From positions 43,081-107,080 of the IMG/VR virus record IMGVR_UViG_3300047470_000212: 64,000 nt of DNA. One strand, written 5' to 3'. Of this stretch, positions 58,369 through 64,000 are shown piece by piece. The notes beneath the pieces were generated by a model. The model was not told the DNA's origin, did not search any database, and was given only the letters and a program-made list of their open reading frames with translations. Position numbers and translations under genes: made by a program. The first letter of the stretch is position 1, and each line of letters opens with the position of its first letter. The stretch is from a virus.

Positions 58369-58662
58369 ATGTTCTGGTCCTGCGAGATCTGCAACGACTG
58401 GGGGGTCGCCGACAACGAGGTCGACCTCGTGGTGGACCGCCAACGGCACAAGGACACCCACGAGTTCCCGGGCACGACAGAGCCCCAGCAGGAGTCCGTG
58501 GAGGAGGATGAGGACACTGTCCTCGGCGCCAATTACCTGGCGTGGGGTATCACGGCCCTGCTGGGGCTACTGTCTGCTCACTGGCACGCGCTGGTGGGGG
58601 TAGTCCCCCTGGCGGGCCTGCTCGCCTTCGTCCTGACCTTCCGGCCGAACGACAAAGGGTGA
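58369..58662 (+). CDS. Small zinc-finger/membrane protein
   Basis: CEIC...H..H; two TM segments; AGGAGG RBS. Confidence 0.65.
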   Translation: MFWSCEICNDWGVADNEVDLVVDRQRHKDTHEFPGTTEPQQESVEEDEDTVLGANYLAWGITALLGLLSAHWHALVGVVPLAGLLAFVLTFRPNDKG

Positions 58663-58743
58663 ACGAAGGGGGTCGAACCCTCACGCCCCTCTCGGGACAC
58701 CGGGGTCACAGCCCGGCGCGGCTACCTTTTCGCCACGTTCACC
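58658..58743 (-). tRNA. tRNA-His(GTG) with G-1:C73 and an atypical long variable arm
   Basis: Acceptor GTGAACG/CGTTCAC, anticodon arm CCGGG-CTGTGAC-CCCGG, variable stem GTCCC-GAGA-GGGGC, T arm GAGGG-TTCGACC-CCCTT. Confidence 0.85.
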
Positions 58744-58782
58744 ATGCCCGGCCTTCAAGCGGTACCGGGAAACGCAGTTGAA

Positions 58783-59100
58783 CTAGGCGATCTTGCGCAC
58801 CGAAGCCCTGAAGATTGCGTTGACGGTACCGCCCGAGACGTGCAGCCGGATGTACCGGGCAGCCGGGTTGACCACAGCGTTGTTCTGGAGGCTGTTCATC
58901 GGAGTGATGGGACCGCTGGGGTACATCGGGGCGGCGCCGTCGAGCGACTCCTCGAAGCCGACCGAGCCACCGCCGAAGATGAAGTACGAGAGACGGGCGG
59001 ACAGCATGCTGCTGGTATCCACCCACTCCCCGATGTAGGTACCCGTGCTGTCGAGCGTGGTGTCGACCTCGATGGGGAGGTCAGGACGCTTGAATGACAT
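58783..59100 (-). CDS. Hypothetical protein within tRNA cluster
   Basis: 105-aa ORF, RBS. Confidence 0.65.
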   Translation of the reverse strand: MSFKRPDLPIEVDTTLDSTGTYIGEWVDTSSMLSARLSYFIFGGGSVGFEESLDGAAPMYPSGPITPMNSLQNNAVVNPAARYIRLHVSGGTVNAIFRASVRKIA

Positions 59101-59204
59101 TCTGTGCCCTTCTTGCTGAACGTTAACCCGGCTGGTTATCGCGGAGCCGGAAGCGCGGGCGGATGAGTTTATACGGATGGACTAAGTACGCCATTCAGTC
59201 CGCG

Positions 59205-59277
59205 CTCCCCGACCTGGACTCGAACCAGGAACCAACGGATTAACAGTCCGTTGCTCTGCCAATTGAGCTATCGGGGA
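59205..59277 (-). tRNA. tRNA-Asn(GTT)
   Basis: Canonical cloverleaf, anticodon loop CTGTTAA. Confidence 0.95.
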
Positions 59278-59282
59278 TTGCG

Positions 59283-59363
59283 TACCCAAGGTGGGACTTG
59301 AACCCACACGCCTTTCGGCGCCGCTTTTGAGGCGGCTGACTGTGCCAATTCGTCTACTCGGGC
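59283..59363 (-). tRNA. tRNA-Leu(CAA)
   Basis: Type II cloverleaf, loop CTCAAAA, A73. Confidence 0.9.
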
Positions 59364-59422
59364 TGGCGCCGGACGGCTCCCGGTCTGCCCCAGGTCACCG
59401 TCCGGCCTTTCCTACGTGAATC

Positions 59423-59914
59423 CTACTTCACGGTGTAGCGACCGTAGTAAACGGACTTCGTCCAGGGCTTGTAGTAGTTGACTCCCTTACCGGGCCGCTC
59501 GGTTTCCAGCCAGGTGTGGGAATTGACGTAGATACCGACGTGGTAGACGTAGCCGTGGGAGTCGTGCGCGAAGACGAGGTCCCCGGTCTTGGGGGTCTTG
59601 ACGTGCACGCTCTTGCGGTACTGGTCGTTGGCGACCCGGGGGATGCTCTTCCCGAGGCGCTTGAATGTGTACTGGGTGAATCCAGAGCAGTCGAAACCTC
59701 TGGACGGTGAGGAACCTCCCCACACGTACCGGACGCCTATGTATTTGGCGCCCTGCTTCACGATTTTCGTTCCGGACGACGTCGTGGTGGTGGCGTGGGC
59801 CGGGGCCGAGACGTTCGTGGAGGCGGCCGGGGTATTTGCCTGCGCGCTTGATGTAGCGAGCGGGGAAATAGCCAGGGCGCCAGCGAGCAGAAGTCCAGCG
59901 ATGCTCTTATTCAT
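59423..59914 (-). CDS. Secreted NlpC/P60 peptidoglycan endopeptidase
   Basis: Signal peptide MNKSIAGLLLAG..AQA; YVWGG, FDCSG, HVGIY. Confidence 0.92.
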   Translation of the reverse strand: MNKSIAGLLLAGALAISPLATSSAQANTPAASTNVSAPAHATTTTSSGTKIVKQGAKYIGVRYVWGGSSPSRGFDCSGFTQYTFKRLGKSIPRVANDQYRKSVHVKTPKTGDLVFAHDSHGYVYHVGIYVNSHTWLETERPGKGVNYYKPWTKSVYYGRYTVK

Positions 59915-59928
59915 GACAGCACTCCGCA

Positions 59929-60052
59929 CGCCTGCGAGATTAGGTGACGGGCTCGGGATAAGTGCCTTTCCCTACCACAAATGACTCTGCGGATTCGCCC
60001 CAAAAGATTCGGTCTCCCGCCCCTGTTCAGGGTTGAGTTCAGGATTTGTCCA
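59929..60052 (-). ncRNA. c-di-AMP (ydaO/yuaA)-like riboswitch
   Basis: AATCC..GGGAGACC..TTTGGGGCGAATC..GTAGGG..CCCGAGCCCGTCACCTAATCTCGCAGGC directly before RBS of a cell-wall hydrolase. Confidence 0.75.
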
Positions 60053-60079
60053 GGAACAGGGCTAAGCGTCTGGACAAAG

Positions 60080-60152
60080 TGGCCCCCCTTGGAATCGCAC
60101 CAAGATCTCCCGCTTTTCAGGCGGGCGCATTAACTGTCTCTGCCAAAGGGCC
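60080..60152 (-). tRNA. tRNA-Phe(GAA), atypical D and T loops
   Basis: Anticodon arm CCCGC-CTGAAAA-GCGGG; T loop TGCGATT; no GG in D loop. Confidence 0.75.
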
Positions 60153-60157
60153 GGGAG

Positions 60158-60231
60158 TCTGGACGGCAGGATTCGAACCTGCGACCCCTCGCATCCAAAG
60201 CGAGCGCGCTACCGGGCTGCGCTACGTCCAG
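60158..60231 (-). tRNA. tRNA-Pro(TGG)
   Basis: C1:G72, A73, loop TTTGGAT, GGTTCGAATCC. Confidence 0.92.
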
Positions 60232-60651
60232 AAGTTGATGTCTTCGACACTACTGTATCAGGGGTACGGCATGTCAACCCTTAACCGCAAACTGCTTGCG
60301 CCACGAGGGAGAAGGGTTCCCCGCCGGGTCTTACGCGGTCGCGCTCAGATGGCGACGGCAGCCCGGTTAGGCGGGGAACGGGAAGCGGCCGAGGCGGAAC
60401 GCCTGCGAGGCCGTGACGAACGCGGGCATGCCAGCCAGCGGGAGGTGGTTCCCCCGGCTCGGCAGTCGCTCGCTCGTCGTGTTCATAGATCCTTTGTACC
60501 GGATCCCGACTACGGCTTTGTAATCGCTTCCGGCCACTGCCTGGAAGCCTCGTGCGGGGGTGGGGGGTAGGACACTGTCCGGGAACGCCGAAGGGGCCGG
60601 GGGGATGTTATCCCTCGGCCCCTTCTCGGGTGCAGGTCAGCTCACGTCAGC

Positions 60652-61017
60652 TCACTTGTGCGCGTCCTCAAACTCGCGGAGCAGGTCCTCCGGCAGTCGG
60701 CCGGTGTGGGACACGTCGCGCCCCTGCTCCTGCAACCACTTGCGGACGTCCGCCGTGGTGAAGGCGCCCCTCTTGCCCTTGATCGCCCTGCGCACCTGCG
60801 TACCCGTGCGCTTCTGCGTGTCGCTTGCGATCGAGGTGAAGGGCTCCAGCACCTCATGCATGTGGTCGATGTGCTCCTGGCACAGGTCCATCAGGTAGCG
60901 GGTGGTCCCGACGGTGATCGGGGTGGCCTCGTTGTTCGGCACATCCTGCCCGCAAGCTACCTTTTCGCGCTTCCGAGTGACCTTGAAGTCGCACTTCTTC
61001 ATCACTACGTCTGCCAT
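60652..61017 (-). CDS. lsr2: Lsr2-like nucleoid-associated protein
   Basis: YLMDLC...L.PF; VRKWLQEQGRDVSHTGRLP; AAGGAG RBS. Confidence 0.85.
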   Translation of the reverse strand: MADVVMKKCDFKVTRKREKVACGQDVPNNEATPITVGTTRYLMDLCQEHIDHMHEVLEPFTSIASDTQKRTGTQVRRAIKGKRGAFTTADVRKWLQEQGRDVSHTGRLPEDLLREFEDAHK

Positions 61018-61138
61018 CGATAACTCCTTAACAACGCGACCCCCGTAGTGCGCCGCACAGCTTTCATTTGACGTCAACCATACTGCTAGTGCAGTACGGC
61101 ATCTGTCAAGCGATTCCAGTGTGGCGCTCGACAAGCCG

Positions 61139-62062
61139 TTACCTGAAGGTCCTACCCAGAAGAGACTCAACCGGCTGGAAAACCCCACCCAAGAGGCTCT
61201 CCGTGTCGCGTCGGCCCGCGTTCACCGGAGGACGGGTCGTAGCAGTAGGACTGGGCGTCACCATAGGGCGAGTCAGCGTCGTAACCGGGGCGGTAGAGGG
61301 GGTGGGAGGGGTGTCTTCCCTGCGGTGCCTTCCCCTGTAGTGGTGCCCCTTGTGCTCCTCCGCGAGGTGGTGGCGCTTGTGCCGGGGGTGGTCAGGCTTC
61401 TTGTGGTTCTGGGCGTCCGGAATACCGCCCCGGGCGCTGTTGGGGTTCACAGTGGGGAGCTGAGCGGGCGCTTGGACGACCGTCGGCGTGGTGACTGGGG
61501 CCGGAGTCTGAGACGGCGACTCCTCGGCGGCGAGGTCCGTCTGCTCCACCGTGGGCTTGCGATGTTCCCTGGCCTCATCGACGGCGTACGCCGCGACGCC
61601 GATGGCGAACGGAGTCGCCACAGCAGCCACCACGGTGACCATGGCCCGAGACATCACGCGCTGCCGGGCCGTGGGTGCACGACGGTGGGAGACCCTCTTC
61701 CTCTCAGGTTCCGGCGCAGGTTCCGGCGTGGGGCAGCAGGACTGCGCGTCGTCGCAGCGCCAGAAGCCCATCTCCTGCCGTTCCTCGATCCAGCCGAAGC
61801 ACAGCTCGCCTTCGTCGACCATCTTGAGGAGTACGGCTTCTATCTGTCCTTCCGCAGTGTCTTCGAAGGGATCTGCCAGGCCGTAGAAGTCGGGGATGGA
61901 CCCCTCGTGAGGCACGTCCTCCTTGTCTCGAAGGTGCGGTGCCCCCGCTTCTTCTTTGGGCTTCTCCTGGGAGGCGCCGTTGCCCCCCAGGAACTGACGA
62001 CGCAGTCCTCGGACGTCCTGATTCCCTGTGTCGTCCGCACCGTCGCGCCTGATCGTGTTCAT
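61139..62062 (-). CDS. Membrane-anchored Pro/Thr-rich protein
   Basis: Central TM segment, low-complexity C-terminus. Confidence 0.6.
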   Translation of the reverse strand: MNTIRRDGADDTGNQDVRGLRRQFLGGNGASQEKPKEEAGAPHLRDKEDVPHEGSIPDFYGLADPFEDTAEGQIEAVLLKMVDEGELCFGWIEERQEMGFWRCDDAQSCCPTPEPAPEPERKRVSHRRAPTARQRVMSRAMVTVVAAVATPFAIGVAAYAVDEAREHRKPTVEQTDLAAEESPSQTPAPVTTPTVVQAPAQLPTVNPNSARGGIPDAQNHKKPDHPRHKRHHLAEEHKGHHYRGRHRREDTPPTPSTAPVTTLTRPMVTPSPTATTRPPVNAGRRDTESLLGGVFQPVESLLGRTFR

Positions 62063-62556
62063 TGTCGTTACGTAACCCCTCCTACCGGACGCACGCAGGC
62101 CGATGTAGCTGGGGACGCGCCTGCGTGCGTGATCTTCACGTGAGGCTGGTGTTTCAGCGGATCACACAGGCGCAGATAGGCCGAAACCCGTACGAGCAGC
62201 AGGGCTGCACGGGTGTGTGATCTGTGGGGAACCAGTGAACGGAACGTATCACCGAGGGGTCGTTTCGACTACGGCTGTCCAGGCTTCCGCAACGCGGTTG
62301 CTTTACTTTTCAAGGGCCCACATGGGCATCTCTTTGCCTTACGGAGCACAACTCATGACCATTACCGCTGGTTACCGCCGGGTGGCCAGAGTGTGAAGGT
62401 TTCGTCAAGGTGGCGTAAGTCACAGCCACGTTTCTGTCGCTTGACCGAAATCTGGACGCCAGTTGTCAAGCTATCACCGTGCAGAACTTGACCCCGCCAC
62501 GGGATGCCGTAACGGGGTCGTATGTCAATTACTTTGCCTATGAGGCAAGTATGAGG

Positions 62557-63474
62557 TTAGAAGTCGCCCGGGGCAACCTGAAGGCAGGTCAGGCCGAGGT
62601 TGTTCCGCCACATATCGACGACCTGGTTGCGGTCGTCGAGCACGAAGCGGACGTTGTAGAACGGCTCGACCTTCCCTCGGTAGATCTCTTCCTTCACGAT
62701 GGCGTCCCTGCGGTTGTCACCGGCCGCCCGCATGTACAGGAACGCCTCCCGGGTCCACTTCCCCACGTGACGCTCCAGCCAGGCGCGCGTCTGCTCGTAG
62801 CAGGAGCCATCCCGGCCGGACAGGAACACGATCTCCACGCCCGAGTCGTCGAGGGTGTTTACCAGGTTCACGACATCCCTGATCGGCTCGTCCTCGCCGA
62901 CCTTGTCCCAGTCGAAGGGACCGCGCGAGACCATCTTGGCCAGCGTGCCGTCGATGTCGACCAGGACCGCGTCCTTAAGGGACGGGTCGTACTCAGGAGG
63001 CGCCACACGAGGCCGCAGGTACGTGTCGTACATCCGCTGGATGACCTTCTCTCCCACGCTCCGCTCGCGCAGCAGGTCGCGCTTGATGCAGGTCCGCAGC
63101 GGCACGTCAGTGAAGTCCTTGACGACGAACTGCACCCCGTAGTGCTCCGCGATGTCCCGCAGGTTCTTCTCGTGGACCGGGTTGAAGTTGGTGTCGTCCA
63201 CGATCACGCTGATGCCACGCACCAGCCAGGTATGAAGCAGCGCGTCCCGAGTCCGTACGACCTGCCGCTCGTTCTTTCCGTGCCAGCGCTCCGCGTGCAG
63301 CATCGCCCGCAGGTCGTCCTTGTTGATGCGGATCAGGGTGCCGGGGGCGGCCTTGAGGACCTGCTCCTTGGCCCAGGTGCTCTTGCCCGAGCCGGGCAGG
63401 CCCTTGGTCATGGTCAGGGTGGTGGTCACAGGCTTCTCCTTGGGTCCGCAGCGGTTGCACTTGAGGTAGGTCAT
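62557..63474 (-). CDS. Polynucleotide kinase/3'-phosphatase (T4 PseT-like); alternative start 63429
   Basis: GLPGSGKST, DDTN, DIDGT, SGR, DDR. Confidence 0.92.
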   Translation of the reverse strand: MTYLKCNRCGPKEKPVTTTLTMTKGLPGSGKSTWAKEQVLKAAPGTLIRINKDDLRAMLHAERWHGKNERQVVRTRDALLHTWLVRGISVIVDDTNFNPVHEKNLRDIAEHYGVQFVVKDFTDVPLRTCIKRDLLRERSVGEKVIQRMYDTYLRPRVAPPEYDPSLKDAVLVDIDGTLAKMVSRGPFDWDKVGEDEPIRDVVNLVNTLDDSGVEIVFLSGRDGSCYEQTRAWLERHVGKWTREAFLYMRAAGDNRRDAIVKEEIYRGKVEPFYNVRFVLDDRNQVVDMWRNNLGLTCLQVAPGDF

Positions 63475-63770
63475 CGACAGCACCCGTCGCAGCCGTGGAC
63501 GCTCTCCCAGGCCGCCGCCTCGTCGCCGAGGAACAGCCGCTTGTATTCGAGGTCGTCCGGGTCGGGGTGGCCGATGCCGTGGGGGCAGGTCCGCTCCATC
63601 AGCGCCCGGTCGAACCGGAAGTGCTGGGGGAAGTCCTGCATGGTGTGGGAGGAGGGGTTGTGCACGGCGCAGTGGCGGCCGATGCAGTCCTTGCGAGGGT
63701 GGGCGAGGATCTCCTCCCCGCCCACCAGCTCGGCCCGCTCGAACCACCCTCCGAAGTCGAAGGGCACCAT
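63471..63770 (-). CDS. Cys/His-rich hypothetical protein
   Basis: C..HCAVHNPS, CPHGIGHPDPD, HGCDGCC; overlaps both neighbours. Confidence 0.7.
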   Translation of the reverse strand: MVPFDFGGWFERAELVGGEEILAHPRKDCIGRHCAVHNPSSHTMQDFPQHFRFDRALMERTCPHGIGHPDPDDLEYKRLFLGDEAAAWESVHGCDGCCR

Positions 63771-64000
63771 CAGGCCACGTCCTCCGAGACCGCGTAGAAC
63801 GGCTTCTCGAACTCCGGCCGGACCCGCTTCCACAGCCGCGTCGAGACGTCCTTGCCGTCGTACAGACCGAACAGGACGTCCTTGTACGGGCTCGTCTGGG
63901 CCAGCAGGGCGAACTCCTTGCGGGCGTCCTTGTCCCACTCCGGCCGCCGCACGCGCTTCTTGATCCACTCGAACTCGTCCACGGCGTCGGCCTTGACCCG
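63770..64000 (-). CDS. Probable RNA ligase, C-terminal part (truncated by window)
   Basis: RKEFA...LFGLYDGK..LWKRVRP tail, upstream of PNK. Confidence 0.55.
   Translation of the reverse strand, partial: RVKADAVDEFEWIKKRVRRPEWDKDARKEFALLAQTSPYKDVLFGLYDGKDVSTRLWKRVRPEFEKPFYAVSEDVA

Larger units (their letters stand above)
2104..63237. repeat. Dispersed coding-strand motif CTTCATAY (plus strand RTATGAAG), 27 copies
   Basis: TATGAAG starts at 2104, 2892, 3631, 4518, 6924, 7295, 8904, 9637, 10418, 11716, 12126, 13708, 23990, 26723, 26905, 30738, 34857, 38180, 48089, 50336, 55233, 55550, 56216, 56991, 57522, 63231; CTTCATA at 45123 in a plus-strand ORF. Confidence 0.92.
1..64000 (-). mobile_element. 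Actinobacterial (probably Streptomyces) temperate phage with contractile tail; window covers part of the genome
   Basis: Contiguous replication, head, contractile tail, recombinase and tRNA modules; high GC; XRE/DUF397, Lsr2 and ydaO-like leader typical of Streptomyces; no host housekeeping genes. Confidence 0.93.

Noticed and set aside
59150-59206. Stem-loop downstream of tRNA-Asn as a sixth tRNA
   Set aside because: AGCGCGG/CCGCGCT hairpin only; no T loop or cloverleaf.
59283-59363. tRNA-Leu as decoder of the motif's CUU codon
   Set aside because: Anticodon CAA reads UUG, not CUU.
60367-60486. 39-codon ORF upstream of the tRNA cluster
   Set aside because: No RBS or recognisable motif; cannot be supported.
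2104-63237. LHT/LHI as a protein-level motif, a CRISPR array or a replication-strand (Chi/KOPS-like) signal
   Set aside because: The same peptide occurs with common codons; there is no regular repeat-spacer structure; orientation flips with the gene at 45123. A DNA stoperator is not excluded but does not explain the frame lock.

Overview
The whole window is GC-rich actinobacterial phage DNA, most likely from a Streptomyces phage. No host boundary is visible, so it could be a free phage, prophage or phage-plasmid. Almost all genes are on the minus strand. In window order it contains: (1) replication genes (family A DNA polymerase, SSB, SNF2 helicase, primase, DnaB, DnaC-like loader, HTH initiator with a likely internal origin); (2) a contractile-tail virion module resembling eCIS (fibres, baseplate J/gp25/hub/spike, tape measure with NlpC/P60 and SLT domains, tube, sheath, neck, capsid, scaffold, portal, terminase); (3) a divergent tyrosine recombinase / large serine recombinase pair; (4) an accessory region (sigma-region-4 protein, KTSC, HicA-like, AcrVA2/FinQ-like, XRE-DUF397, MazG-like, phosphoesterase, five tRNAs, a c-di-AMP-riboswitch-like leader on an NlpC/P60 gene, Lsr2, PNK and RNA ligase). 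The most striking unexplained signal is the AT-rich motif CTTCATAY. I found 27 copies by eye, always on the coding strand and always in frame as the rare codons CTT-CAT-AYN (Leu-His-Thr/Ile). The three copies that look intergenic fall in frame inside tiny ORFs whose start or stop overlaps a neighbouring gene. This points to a phage-wide, translation-level control system. The phage also encodes a non-canonical tRNA-His with a long variable arm and two orphan RNase-fold proteins, which are candidate readers. All family assignments come from motif recognition by eye; no database search was run.
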